DNA of 64,000 nt from Candidatus Binatia bacterium (GCA_937925685.1 CALAMI010000008.1:142191-206190), one strand, 5' to 3'. Positions 18,935 to 29,500 are shown, counted from the stretch's first letter. Program-made: numbers and translations. The notes: generated by a model from the letters alone, not told the origin.

Positions 18935-20416
18935 TCAGTGAAGATGGAACTGAGGCATTTGCAACACCAACGCAAACAAACCGTGCAACTTGCGCTCCCG
19001 CACGGCAAAGTCATGAAGGTCCAGAGGACCACCCAAGTAGTTGATCAGCGCTTGTCGCTCGTCGGTCGAAATATAGTCCCGAATCCCGAGCACTCCGGTA
19101 ACTGCGTCGACGATGTCTCCAGGATCGGTGAGATCGAGATTCATCAGCAACTGAGGCCGCAGGTGATACACTTTTGTACCTCGGGCCATGGCAACGTCGC
19201 GTGCGAACGCGTAACGCGCCAGCAGCGTGGCACTGTTGACCCATCCTTCCTCCCAATCCCAACCAAACACGCTGGGCGGCTCGAACAAGATTTGGCCCAT
19301 GTCGGCCAAATAACCCGGTACGTTCCCATACTGGCCGCCTTCAATGTACCAGTTGCCCCACTTGTCCCCGCGCGGGGTTACGCGGAGGAGTCGTAGGGTG
19401 CTCACGACAAAATCCACAGGCCACACCACAGATTTGGGCGTGCTGGAGGAAAAAGGGACGGCACTTGCGGTTTCGTAAAAGAAGTCGTCGACGAGAATCT
19501 CTCGTACAAGGCGCCGCAAATCCCAGGTGGTGTCGAAGGCCGCGCGCTGCACGATACGATCGATGATGGTGGCGTTGTCTGGGTAGGAAGGCAGGGGATG
19601 GCCAAAGTACTCGAGCAGCTTCTTGGTGATGAAGCGTGCGACCGTGTTTTTTCCGTCGGTGTCGCGGTGCTCGAAAATGATGTCGACAACCTGAGAGATC
19701 TCTTGTGGACCTTCTCCTCCGGGCAAGGTGAAATCGCGCCCCGCAGGTCCAAAGCCACCGTGGTTGCGGAAAATCACCTTCGGCCCTCGCTCCGAACCGT
19801 ACTCGGTCATGTAGTCGTGGGCCCAGTCGTTGAAGCGCACCCGATTCCGGCTCCAATCCCACCCCCAGCCAGAGAACGCTCGCGAGATTTGCACTATGTC
19901 TTGCTGGTCATAATTCGGCTGCCCAGCGAGGTCGGTAACGCCAAGGGTAAACAGTTCCATAAGTTCCCGTGCGTAGTTCTCGTTTGGTTGCTCTTTGAAG
20001 TTCCGGAAGGTGTCGAGGTATTCCATCATTGCCGGGTCGACGTTGATGGCCTTCACGAAGTTCTTGAAGTTCCCTTTGCAATACAACCTTAACAGCCGGT
20101 TTTGGTCGGCCATCCAATGATGATCCTGTACTTTGTCGTACCCCGTGGCAAAGTGATCGTGCCAAAACAGCACCAGCTTCTCCTGCAGCGGTGCACGGGT
20201 GCGGACCATGTATTTCAGCCACGATACGCGCCGCCGCGAGATGTCCTTCCCAGAGGGGCGAAATTTTGCGGGCTTGAAGGCGGTCAAACGGTCAGCCGCT
20301 GCACCTCGCGTCATAGAGGAAAAAGCGTTCACTTCGCTTTGACGGACACCGAAACCAGTGCGGCGAAGCAAGTGTCTCGCATGAAGAGTACCTAGAACCG
20401 TGTTCTCGTCACCCAT
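18935..20416 (-). CDS. DUF1800 family protein (second copy)
   Basis: ARHLLRRTGFG, LQEKLVLFWHDHFAT, DPAMMEYLD, PNENYARELMELFTLG, GQILFEPPSVFGW. Confidence 0.9.
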   Translation of the reverse strand: MGDENTVLGTLHARHLLRRTGFGVRQSEVNAFSSMTRGAAADRLTAFKPAKFRPSGKDISRRRVSWLKYMVRTRAPLQEKLVLFWHDHFATGYDKVQDHHWMADQNRLLRLYCKGNFKNFVKAINVDPAMMEYLDTFRNFKEQPNENYARELMELFTLGVTDLAGQPNYDQQDIVQISRAFSGWGWDWSRNRVRFNDWAHDYMTEYGSERGPKVIFRNHGGFGPAGRDFTLPGGEGPQEISQVVDIIFEHRDTDGKNTVARFITKKLLEYFGHPLPSYPDNATIIDRIVQRAAFDTTWDLRRLVREILVDDFFYETASAVPFSSSTPKSVVWPVDFVVSTLRLLRVTPRGDKWGNWYIEGGQYGNVPGYLADMGQILFEPPSVFGWDWEEGWVNSATLLARYAFARDVAMARGTKVYHLRPQLLMNLDLTDPGDIVDAVTGVLGIRDYISTDERQALINYLGGPLDLHDFAVRERKLHGLFALVLQMPQFHLH

Positions 20417-20579
20417 TACCCTCCCTCTCTTGTCTCCGCATGTTTCGCGTTAGCGAATTTCGGGCCTCATCGTTCAACGTTGTAGAGCACGTGTCAACCC
20501 TGAAAGCAGGCTCAGGGAGTTGCTCGGCGGCGTCAGAGAACTAACGACGGTTACAATTTTTGGCAGCGTCGCTGGCGCC

Positions 20580-21740
20580 CTAAAGAACACGTAGAAGTTC
20601 CCTCAAGACTCGGTTGGCCTCGAACCAAGTCCGCGCCACTTCTTGTGCTGCGGTTCGGTGGCGGAGGAAATCTCGATGAATGGCCTGGAGCGCTTCTGCT
20701 GCCTCATCTAGGGAAGAAACAGCGAACAGCCCTTCTCCCGTCGGCAGAATACATTCGAATCCTGTGGACTGGGTAACCACTGGCCTCCCAGCGGCCAGGT
20801 AGCAGGCACTGCGGTCTGAGAACCATCCCGTGCGCAGGCGAATGTTGAGATCCTTCGCGGTGGTGAATTCTCCAGCCGAAGACCAGATAAAGTCGCGATA
20901 TCGAAAAGGATCAGCGGAGACGGTAAAGGGATCGACCACGTCCCAGCCGTGGCTACGCAATAAATCCACGTCTTCGGGGTACTTGGCAACGTCCATAGCG
21001 AGTGCAAACCGGTACGGCACACGGCGGGGTAATTGAAGGAAGCAGTGCCACTGTTGTCGTTTGCTCCATCCGTAACGGTCGCCTGCTGTCACTACGTCGC
21101 GGCGAGCTTCGTGCCAGCGTCCAACGGTAGTGAACGGTGCGTCAGGAGGCGGCAAGGGGGCCGCCCAAAGCCGGGTGACAATGGGCTGCCGCGTCGGTTT
21201 CCAGTTGAACCCGCTAGTAGGAACCAGACATTCTCTGGACCCAATGAGCTCTCCGATGGTGAAATGCTGCTTGTGCTCTAAAAGCAGCGTTTGCAAAGCG
21301 GCATCTCCCTGCTGACAGCGAAACTGAGTATACCCTGGATCGAGGTCGATGAAGACGCGCACCGCCCGTGGCGTCCTTGGAACTCGTGTTACCGCTGCGA
21401 GTGTAACGACCAGACGTGCCCTTTCTAGCACCTCCTGAAAGTCGCTTTGAGCCAGCCCGAAGTGGCGACCACTGATAACGTCCCAAAAGTGCCAACGCTT
21501 CCCGAAACCGTGGATGCGAAAAAAACGGGCAAGTGTCTCCACGCCGCGATCGCATGGTGCGGGAACGCAGCGGGTGACCGGATCGAAGCAGTCGCTGACG
21601 AGTTCCGTGTCCTCGTAAAAGTAGGCCTCGAACCCGAGTTCCTCGAAACCGAGCAAGTAGTGCAGGACCTGCCAGCCGTACCCGCCAAGAGGGCAGCGCC
21701 CAAAATAACCAGCGATTATCACGACATCTCGCGCGGACAT
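20580..21740 (-). CDS. Glycosyltransferase-like (GT-B) protein, paralog 3
   Basis: Shares family motifs PLGG..W..L.Y..G, D.DPGYTQ, GWFSDRSACYLA.GRPVV.Q.TGF with its two neighbours; ATG 21740. Confidence 0.75.
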   Translation of the reverse strand: MSARDVVIIAGYFGRCPLGGYGWQVLHYLLGFEELGFEAYFYEDTELVSDCFDPVTRCVPAPCDRGVETLARFFRIHGFGKRWHFWDVISGRHFGLAQSDFQEVLERARLVVTLAAVTRVPRTPRAVRVFIDLDPGYTQFRCQQGDAALQTLLLEHKQHFTIGELIGSRECLVPTSGFNWKPTRQPIVTRLWAAPLPPPDAPFTTVGRWHEARRDVVTAGDRYGWSKRQQWHCFLQLPRRVPYRFALAMDVAKYPEDVDLLRSHGWDVVDPFTVSADPFRYRDFIWSSAGEFTTAKDLNIRLRTGWFSDRSACYLAAGRPVVTQSTGFECILPTGEGLFAVSSLDEAAEALQAIHRDFLRHRTAAQEVARTWFEANRVLRELLRVL

Positions 21741-21765
21741 AAGGTTGAGAGACTTTTCGCTAGGG

Positions 21766-22950
21766 TCACATTCCGGCAAGCTGGAGGATTCGTTGCAAAA
21801 CGCTGTCCGAATCGAAGTGCTCCCGCGCCAGTTCGCGAGCCGCGCGTGCGTGCCAAGCGTAATCCGACTCAACCGCTCGCAAGGCTTCGCTTGCCTCCTC
21901 TAAAGTATTAAAGCACACCAGGCCGGAGCCAGTCGGTAGCACATTGCTAAAGCCAGTATCTTGCACGATCGCAGGCCGCCCAGAAGCAAGGTAACACGCG
22001 GTGCGGTCGCTAAACCACCCGGTCCGGCCGACTCGGTAACCGTTTTTCACGACTGTGAACTCACCGCGAGATCTTTGGATGTAGTGTCGGTAGGCCATTG
22101 GGTCTTTTGCCCGGTCCTGGGGGTCGATAATACGCCAGCCTGCTTCGCGGAGTTTGTTCAGGTCGGGTTCGTTTGGGTGAATGGCAAGGCATAGCTCCAG
22201 CACCGCTGGAGTGTGACGGGGCAGGTGGAGAATGCGCAGGAATTCCTCACTTTTTTGCCCATACCAAGTGCCTTGCCACTGCACCGGACTGTAACCTCGC
22301 CAGTCGGCGACAGTGGTGTAATGGGGCCCAGGTGCCTCGTCATTGTGCCATGCATCCAGGACTACCGGGGGAACCGTGGGATTCCAGGAAATGCCGCAGG
22401 AGGGCACAAGGCATTCTGCCGAGGCTAGGCAGAGACCAACGGTAAAGTACACGTCGTGGTTCCGCAGATTCATGTCCACCCCGTACTGCTCGTGCCAAAT
22501 CTGGGTAAAGCCAGGATCGAGATCCACGTAGATGCGTTTGCGTGGTGCCTGTAGCACTTCCTGCCGATGCATGCGGCCGGATAAATTGAGGATCGCATCG
22601 GCCTCTCTGGCAAACGCCTCTACGGTGGCCACAGGCAGGCCAACCCGAACAGTGGGATCGGTATCCAGCCAGAGAGATGCATGACCCAGCAAACCGAATG
22701 CGCGCATCACTTCAAGGAAGTACATCGCGTTGTGAGAGCAGGTCAGCGGTGTGGGGTTCCACTGCGCATCGAAGCAGCGCTCGGCCGGGATTTCTTCGAC
22801 ATAGCAGACCTCGAAGCCAAGGCGTTTAAGACCAAGGACGTACTGAAGAAAGGCCCACGTGTTGCCACCCCCGCCAATCGGATGAGCCGCAATCGCACCA
22901 GCAACGAGGATGCGCCCACGGTTGATTTTGGTTGGTGTTCTCGTAACCAT
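21766..22950 (-). CDS. Glycosyltransferase-like (GT-B) protein, paralog 2
   Basis: PIGGGGNTWAFLQY, DLDPGFTQ, GEFTVVKNGY, GWFSDRTACYLASGRP..VQDTGF. Confidence 0.75.
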   Translation of the reverse strand: MVTRTPTKINRGRILVAGAIAAHPIGGGGNTWAFLQYVLGLKRLGFEVCYVEEIPAERCFDAQWNPTPLTCSHNAMYFLEVMRAFGLLGHASLWLDTDPTVRVGLPVATVEAFAREADAILNLSGRMHRQEVLQAPRKRIYVDLDPGFTQIWHEQYGVDMNLRNHDVYFTVGLCLASAECLVPSCGISWNPTVPPVVLDAWHNDEAPGPHYTTVADWRGYSPVQWQGTWYGQKSEEFLRILHLPRHTPAVLELCLAIHPNEPDLNKLREAGWRIIDPQDRAKDPMAYRHYIQRSRGEFTVVKNGYRVGRTGWFSDRTACYLASGRPAIVQDTGFSNVLPTGSGLVCFNTLEEASEALRAVESDYAWHARAARELAREHFDSDSVLQRILQLAGM

Positions 22951-22959
22951 CACCCTTGT

Positions 22960-24132
22960 TCAAGTGAGACCACAGTCTTGAAGGAGTTGACGGAGCACCC
23001 GCTCGGCGGAAAAAAATTGCTCGGCAACGGCGCGAGCTGCCTCGCAGTGTTTGCGGTATGCCGATTCGATGGAGTCGAAGGCTGCCAGAGCCTCGTCGGC
23101 GGTCTGGAACGCGAAAAGGCCCTCCCCGACAGGGAGGAAGCGAGAAAAGCCCGTATCCTGTAACACAACCGGCTTGCCGCTGGCCAAATAACTGGCGCTG
23201 CGTGTGGCGAACCAGCCGCTTCGGGTTGCCACGTAAGCATTCTTGGCTACGCTCCATTCCGCTCGAGAACATTGGATGAAGCGTTGATAAACTCCCATGG
23301 TGCGGGAACAGCGGTATCCGTCGCGAATCCGCCATCCATGCGCTTCCAGCTCTTCTCGGGGGGCTTGGCCGGATAGGGCTACGCCAAGTCGCACCGGCGC
23401 ACGGCGAGGCAAGTCGACGAACTTTTGAAACTCTACGTTCTTGTCTCCATAAGCACTCGTACCGATCCGCGGTGGGTTCACATCGATTTTCCAGGACATC
23501 ACCGTAGTGTACCATCGTGCCGCCGGCGCATAGACAACGGGCCACTGTTCTAGGCAAATGGGTTGCCGTGTTCGCTTCCACTCGAAGCCGCATGACGGCA
23601 GCGAGCAATCGCTGGCGCCAAGGTTCTCCGCGAAGGAAAAGAAGTGTGTATGGGAGCGGATGAGCTCGACGGAGAAGAGCTCGTCTGGGGTTGCGCCCCC
23701 GTTCTCCGCGGCCCATAGCTTTGCGTGAGTGTAGCCCGGGTCGGAGTCTAAATACGCGGTGCAGCGCGCCCCGCGGTAGGATTCCCGTAGCCAGCAGGCG
23801 CCAGAAACGTTGAGAAACAAATCTGCACGGCCACAAAATGCCGTAACCTTTTCTTCGCTCCAGCCATGCAGGGATCCGTCCACCCCGCGCACGGCCCACT
23901 GTTTTGCACAACGCTTGCTCCGTTGCCGCAGCGCCGTGGCGAGGTAGCGGATATTCCGGGACCCATCGGGGGTGAAGGTGGCCGCACGGGGATCGTAAAA
24001 CCATTGCCCCGTGTCTTCGAGATAAAGCACGTCACACCCCAACGCTTCGAACCCACGCACGTATGCAAGGTAGTCCCACGCAACCCCACCGAGCGGATAG
24101 GTGGCGACTAGACCCGTGACAACAACCTTCAT
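22960..24132 (-). CDS. Glycosyltransferase-like (GT-B) protein, paralog 1
   Basis: MKVVVTG..YPLGGVAWDY, DSDPGYT, AEWSVAKNAY, GWFATRSASYLASGKPVVLQDTGF; ATG overlaps the ABC gene stop (ATGA). Confidence 0.75.
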   Translation of the reverse strand: MKVVVTGLVATYPLGGVAWDYLAYVRGFEALGCDVLYLEDTGQWFYDPRAATFTPDGSRNIRYLATALRQRSKRCAKQWAVRGVDGSLHGWSEEKVTAFCGRADLFLNVSGACWLRESYRGARCTAYLDSDPGYTHAKLWAAENGGATPDELFSVELIRSHTHFFSFAENLGASDCSLPSCGFEWKRTRQPICLEQWPVVYAPAARWYTTVMSWKIDVNPPRIGTSAYGDKNVEFQKFVDLPRRAPVRLGVALSGQAPREELEAHGWRIRDGYRCSRTMGVYQRFIQCSRAEWSVAKNAYVATRSGWFATRSASYLASGKPVVLQDTGFSRFLPVGEGLFAFQTADEALAAFDSIESAYRKHCEAARAVAEQFFSAERVLRQLLQDCGLT

Positions 24133-25940
24133 ACCGCCGTTTCCACGTAAGGTTCCATCAGTCCGTGACGGTAAAGGCGATAGAAAAACCCTTTTCGGGC
24201 TAAAAGTTGGGCGAACGTACCGCGTTCGACGATGCGGCCACCCTCCAAAACGAGAATCTGGCTTGCCCGTTGCACCGTGGCTAGCCGGTGGGCAATGACA
24301 AAAGTGGTCTTGTTGCGAGTCACAGCGAGTAGCGCCTCGAGAATGGCGGTTTCCGTGGCCAGGTCGACCGAGGAAGTCGGCTCGTCGAGAATGAGGATGG
24401 GTGCGTCGCGAAGCAGTGCACGAGCGATGGTCAGGCGCTGGCGCTCTCCCTCTGATAAGGTTGCGCCGTGGCTTCCTAAGACCGTATCGTACCCTTGCGG
24501 CAGCCGTTCGATGAACGAGTGCGCTTGAGCTAGTTGAGCGGCGCGCTCGATCTCGGCTTGCGAGGCCCCGGGCCGACCATAAGCGATGTTTTCCCAAACG
24601 GAGAGTGGAAACACAATTGGAGGCTGTAACACCATCGTGACGGTTTCCCGCAAGGAGCGCAGCGTAAGTTCCCGAATGTCAACACCATCGATGGTAATCC
24701 GCCCAGCCTCGGGATCGTAAAACCGCGCGATCAAACTCACCAACGTACTCTTGCCCGCCCCCGTTGGACCGACGATGGCGACGAGCTCCCCGGGTGCGGC
24801 CTCGAAGTTGATGTCCACCAAAGTCGGTTTGCCCCGCTCGTAGGAAAAGCTTACGCGTTCGAACCGAACTCGCCCTGCGGGTTTTCGCGAGAAAACCCGG
24901 AAGCCGTCCTTGATTTCAGGGACAGTGGCGAGCAGTTCTAACACCCGCCCCAACCCCGCCCGTGCACCTTGCACGGATCCATAGGTGGAAAAAATGGCTT
25001 GCAGCGGCCCGTACAAGGATGCAAGGTAATTCAGAAATACCACCAAGTCCCCAGCGCTCAGCCGACCCATCCAAACCCGCTGCGCACCGAACCACAACAC
25101 TGCTGCACTTCCGCTAGCCAGCAACAAGCCGGTCGATGCGCCAAAAGCGGTTTGCCAGAGATATAAGCGCAAGTGCGCTCGTAGACTTGCGGTGCTGCGT
25201 TGCGTAAATGCTGCGTGTTCTTCGGGCTCTTTAGTGAACGCTTGCACAACCTTCACTGCTGACATCGACCGCTCCACGTGATCGTAAACGCCGCTTTCCT
25301 GCTCCCGTGCCTCGCGCGCTGTGCCAGTCAGTTTTTTTTCCATAACGAAGAGAACACCAATAAGCGCTGGGCACACTGCTGCGGCTAAAGCCGTGAGGAA
25401 CCGGTCCATCTGAAAAAGCACGACGAACATGCCAGCGAGGAGAGTCGCCGAGGCGACAACAGGGAAAACTCCATTCATGGCCAAGGTTTGGATGGCATAA
25501 GTGTCGCTCGTCACACGGTAGATCAGGTCTCCCACCGACGCGCGCGTATGAAAGGAAAGGGACAGCCGCTGCAGATGCTGGTACAAGCGGCTGCGCAAGT
25601 CGGCCACCATATTTTGGCCGATCGCGATTGTGGTGTAATTGTTCCAAACCTGGACGATGCCCAGCAGGGCGTAAATACCAATTAAACTTAGTGTGGCCAC
25701 GATCAGCAGACTGGACGCCTGGGCCAAGCTGGCGGGTAACCACGAGGGTGGTTGGTTCGGCAGCACATAGTCCAGAGCGATCTTGAGTGGCCACGGCTTG
25801 GCTAACTCGAGCGCACTCATCAGCGCCACCTGAGCTAATCCGAGCACGAACCGTCCACGATATGGCCAAAGTGCTTGGAGAACGAACGGCAGCACTCGCG
25901 GCCGCGCTGCGGTGAGATTAGCCACGGGCTCGGTCTCCAT
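24129..25940 (-). CDS. ABC exporter, fused permease/ATP-binding (MsbA/NdvA-like)
   Basis: N-terminal TM domain; GPTGAGKS, LSEGERQR, ILILDEPTS, IAHRL. Confidence 0.92.
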   Translation of the reverse strand: METEPVANLTAARPRVLPFVLQALWPYRGRFVLGLAQVALMSALELAKPWPLKIALDYVLPNQPPSWLPASLAQASSLLIVATLSLIGIYALLGIVQVWNNYTTIAIGQNMVADLRSRLYQHLQRLSLSFHTRASVGDLIYRVTSDTYAIQTLAMNGVFPVVASATLLAGMFVVLFQMDRFLTALAAAVCPALIGVLFVMEKKLTGTAREAREQESGVYDHVERSMSAVKVVQAFTKEPEEHAAFTQRSTASLRAHLRLYLWQTAFGASTGLLLASGSAAVLWFGAQRVWMGRLSAGDLVVFLNYLASLYGPLQAIFSTYGSVQGARAGLGRVLELLATVPEIKDGFRVFSRKPAGRVRFERVSFSYERGKPTLVDINFEAAPGELVAIVGPTGAGKSTLVSLIARFYDPEAGRITIDGVDIRELTLRSLRETVTMVLQPPIVFPLSVWENIAYGRPGASQAEIERAAQLAQAHSFIERLPQGYDTVLGSHGATLSEGERQRLTIARALLRDAPILILDEPTSSVDLATETAILEALLAVTRNKTTFVIAHRLATVQRASQILVLEGGRIVERGTFAQLLARKGFFYRLYRHGLMEPYVETAV

Positions 25941-28455
25941 GACTCAAAAGCCGGAGTTGTTCGGCAACGATCTCTTGGGCGTGCCAGAGGGTTTGGCCGA
26001 GCAGTACGCTCTCGATTGCAGTCGTGCCGAGGGTGATGGCGAGTAGGAGCAAGGCCATTTCGCTAATTTCGCCCAAACCTCCAAGGGAGGCCAAAATCGC
26101 AACTGCCAGGAGCGCTGTCGCTACCAACCCAGCAAACCAAGAAGCACGCACACGGCTGCGAGTGCGCAACAGACGCCTGCTACCCCCGTGGTTTTCCGCT
26201 GCCACGGTAAGCTCCACCTGCGACCACAAGCCACGATGTACGGTAACGTCATGATCGCTCCATCCTTGATCGACGGCCACGAGGTATTTTCTTGGCCCGA
26301 GGAACTCGATGAGGGTGTGCAGGAAATGCTCTTTTTCAATGCCGTGATCGCTCCAGAAGCCCAACAAAAACTCGCGCCGAAGCCAGCGAATTTCCAGATG
26401 CTGACGAGCACCACTGAAGCGAATTCGCACGACCCCGTTTTGCCCTTGTAACCGATAGAAGTAACGTTGGAGACTTCGCACCAGCGGCCCTAAGTAAATT
26501 AGGGCTGCAACGAGTAGCCGCCCACGCCAATGATCAAAACGGGGATCGATCTCCGCCTTCCATGCCCGCGCCACAGCGAGTACGGTGGTGACTAGTAAAG
26601 GCAGCGCTGCCAGCAGACGCCAGCGGCCGGCGAGCAGGGCGCCTGAGAATAAAGTGACACCGAGCAAATTCCATTCTAACGTGAACGGAAGATAGGCAAG
26701 GAGCGAAGAGGGGGCCTCGTACAAGGTCTGGAACAGTCCTCGCCCAAAGACCCCGTAGTAAATAATCGGTCGCGCGGATAGCAGGGGTAGCCCGATGTCC
26801 CCATAAATCCGCCCAATCCACTGGGATTGCCCAAGCATGTTAAAGCGAAAAGGATGTTTGAAGTAGAGCTGAGCCTCGGCTTGGCCGTAACCCATTTGTT
26901 GCTTCAGGTATGCCCGAACCGTGTTGCGCCTGAAGTGCCACACCTGTGCTGCTGGACTGAAGCCAATGCGATACCCCGCATCCTGTAGCCGCCAACAGAC
27001 GTCGACATCGTCTCCGGCTGCTCGGTGCACGGGGTCGAAGCCGCCAATGCGTTCCAAAGCGTCTTTTCGGAACGCCATGTTGCAGCCGGGAATGTGCTCG
27101 GCCACTTCGTCATCGAGAAGAACATGAGTAGGCCCCCCAGGGGCAGCAGCGACGTAGGCAGCAGTGGCCGAGTCTTCAGGTGGTGGCAGGTTCGGGCCAC
27201 CCACGCCAGCAAAGTCGGAGGAAACGAATTTGTAAGCGAGGTATGTCAGCCAGTCAGGGTCGACCACACAATCCGCGTCCGTGTAAGCGACGACTTCTCC
27301 GCTTGCTGCCCTCCAGCCGACATTGCGTGCCACACTCAAGCCCTTGTTGGGCTGCGAAATCAGTCGAAACTCTGGATAGCGTCGGGCGATGGCTTCCGTC
27401 TTGTCCGTAGAACCATCGTTGACCACAATGACTTCATAGTTTGGGTAGCGCAGTTGGCGCAGCGAAGCCAAACAGGCATCGATCGTACGTTCTGCATTGT
27501 AGGCGCAAATCACTACGGACATCTTCGGAGGTTGCGCCAGTGGTGGGGGGAGGGGAGATCGGTACAGACGCTGAACCGCCGAAAACGCTGCCTTTCGACA
27601 CCGATTGCGGTCCACGAGCCCGAAAGCCCAGTCGTCTACGGGGAACCCTCCCGTAAACCACTCGTCGGTCCAGGAAAACACGAACGTTCCGGCCACGCCA
27701 GATTCGAATGCCGCGCGGATCTGCCAACTCAGAATTTCAGCCTGCTGCGTTGCCCCTTCGCGTAACGAGTCGATACCGAATTCGGTCAAAACCAGAGGCT
27801 TGTCACAAGCTAGGTTCTGGAGGCGGGATACATAGCGGCGAAAGTCCGTTTCGCGATGCAAATACAAGTTGAACCCAACGAAATCCAGAAAATCGAGCTC
27901 GAGGTATTCTGTGGAGGGAAAGTTGGCATAGCTCACCAAAGCTTCGGGCATGGCATTCTTGGCTATGGCGTACAGCTCCATCAAGAAGCGACGAATGCGT
28001 CGCGGGCCATGCCAACGCACCACGTCCGGCGGAATTTCGTTGCCAATCAAAATGCCTGCGATGGCTGGATGCTGCCCAAGACCGCGCACCGCCGCCGTGA
28101 CTTCTGAACGGATGCCCTTGACGATGCGGGGATCGTCGAGGAAGCACACGTGTTGCGTCCAAGGGATGCCAACCAACAGCATTAGGCCATGTTCCGCGGC
28201 AAGGTCCAGGAACCAACTCGGCGGAGGCGTGAAGGTGCGCAGGCAGTTGGCACCTAACTCACCCATCAGTGCAAGATCACGCAACACCGCTTCTCGGCCA
28301 GGAAAAGGTGCCCCATCGCGAGGAGCAAATGGACCGTAGGTTACTCCCCGCAGATAAAGCTTTTCCTGCCCGCGAAAGAAAAACTTACCCGCCGTGCGAA
28401 TGCGGGCAGCATCGAACGTCCAGTCGACGCGTCGAGCCACGGATACTTGGTACAT
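25918..28455 (-). CDS. Glycoside hydrolase TIM barrel (GH2/clan A-like) fused to GT2 glycosyltransferase and TM helices
   Basis: LRGVTYGPF, GANCLR, IGNE and LTEFG catalytic Glu motifs; VVICAYN, VVNDGS, YTDAD, GCNMAFR, GDDVD; C-terminal hydrophobic helices. Confidence 0.88.
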   Translation of the reverse strand: MYQVSVARRVDWTFDAARIRTAGKFFFRGQEKLYLRGVTYGPFAPRDGAPFPGREAVLRDLALMGELGANCLRTFTPPPSWFLDLAAEHGLMLLVGIPWTQHVCFLDDPRIVKGIRSEVTAAVRGLGQHPAIAGILIGNEIPPDVVRWHGPRRIRRFLMELYAIAKNAMPEALVSYANFPSTEYLELDFLDFVGFNLYLHRETDFRRYVSRLQNLACDKPLVLTEFGIDSLREGATQQAEILSWQIRAAFESGVAGTFVFSWTDEWFTGGFPVDDWAFGLVDRNRCRKAAFSAVQRLYRSPLPPPLAQPPKMSVVICAYNAERTIDACLASLRQLRYPNYEVIVVNDGSTDKTEAIARRYPEFRLISQPNKGLSVARNVGWRAASGEVVAYTDADCVVDPDWLTYLAYKFVSSDFAGVGGPNLPPPEDSATAAYVAAAPGGPTHVLLDDEVAEHIPGCNMAFRKDALERIGGFDPVHRAAGDDVDVCWRLQDAGYRIGFSPAAQVWHFRRNTVRAYLKQQMGYGQAEAQLYFKHPFRFNMLGQSQWIGRIYGDIGLPLLSARPIIYYGVFGRGLFQTLYEAPSSLLAYLPFTLEWNLLGVTLFSGALLAGRWRLLAALPLLVTTVLAVARAWKAEIDPRFDHWRGRLLVAALIYLGPLVRSLQRYFYRLQGQNGVVRIRFSGARQHLEIRWLRREFLLGFWSDHGIEKEHFLHTLIEFLGPRKYLVAVDQGWSDHDVTVHRGLWSQVELTVAAENHGGSRRLLRTRSRVRASWFAGLVATALLAVAILASLGGLGEISEMALLLLAITLGTTAIESVLLGQTLWHAQEIVAEQLRLLSHGDRARG

Positions 28456-28770
28456 ACGACTCCCGATTAGCGAAGCTATCCCTCGACCAAAACCGAGTCA
28501 CATTCCCTGCCTTTGTCGTGCAAAAGATGAAAGCGTGAACCGGCTGGGGCTGAGCGTGAATCCTCAAGTTAAGGGAAGCTAAGAGCTGTTCGGCGTCACG
28601 CACAACTTGGCAAGGCTGTTCGTCTACGGCGTGTTTCGTTTAGCGGAAAAGCAGGCATGTGGTCATGTTCGTTGGCCCATACCCCTGGCGGGCGGTTTTC
28701 GAACGGCTGCACGTTTCTTGCGGGTTGAAACCGTGGTAGGAACGAGCTTGTTGGAGCAAGGAGACAAGCC

Positions 28771-29304
28771 ATGCTGGACGAGATCTTCTCCGAAGAGGAG
28801 GAAATCCAGGCTGAACGTGAGGCCGAAGCGGCACGGCTAGGAGCACAGGTTCTTGGGTTGCCCATTAAAGAACTCTCTACACTGAAGCCCCCAGTGTGTG
28901 TTGCCCAAGGAACTTCCCTTCGGGTGGCGATCGAGCGCATGAACGAATCGGGGGTGGGCTGCGTGCTAGTGGAGGATCAAGGGCGTTTGTGCGGGATTTT
29001 TACCGAACGGGATGTGCTGACGAAGGTTGTCGGAAAACCTTTCGATCTCGATAGCGAGCAAGTGCAAACGTTCATGACCCCGGATCCAGAGGTTCTCTCC
29101 CCCGACGACCGGGTGAGCTTCGCTTTGAACCTGATGACTGTTGGAGGGTTTCGCCACGTGCCGCTCGTGGACAAGGAGGGCCGCCCAGCAGGGGTCGTAT
29201 CGATGCGGAACGTGGTCGATTACATGGTCGAGGTGTTCCGTACCGAAGTACTGAACCTTCCCCCATCGCCTCGTCACCTCGTGCACTCGCGCGAGGGTGG
29301 ATGA
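28771..29304 (+). CDS. CBS domain pair protein
   Basis: GIFTERD, MTPDP, FRHVPLVD..G.P.GVVS; AGGAG RBS. Confidence 0.9.
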   Translation: MLDEIFSEEEEIQAEREAEAARLGAQVLGLPIKELSTLKPPVCVAQGTSLRVAIERMNESGVGCVLVEDQGRLCGIFTERDVLTKVVGKPFDLDSEQVQTFMTPDPEVLSPDDRVSFALNLMTVGGFRHVPLVDKEGRPAGVVSMRNVVDYMVEVFRTEVLNLPPSPRHLVHSREGG

Positions 29305-29500
29305 GGACTCGCCACTGCGCTGGCACGGCGCGGAGTGACACCGAGCTGAAAGCCGCGTCGGGGCGGCGTTGAGCTCAGGCGTCTACGCCTTTTCCGTTCT
29401 GCTCCATTTCCCCGAGGTCGTTTCGGCATGGACTGGCGCACCGCTGGCGAGGATCGTTTGCGAACGTCCTGTTCTGTGTGCCAGCGAGCTCGCCTGCCGG

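Noticed and set aside
24133-24597. Long N-terminal extension of the first GT-like ORF
   Set aside because: It overlaps the ABC transporter; family similarity begins at MKVVVTG (24132)
28707-28722. Sigma54 promoter before the CBS gene (CTGCACGTTTCTTGCG)
   Set aside because: It lacks the invariant GG at -24
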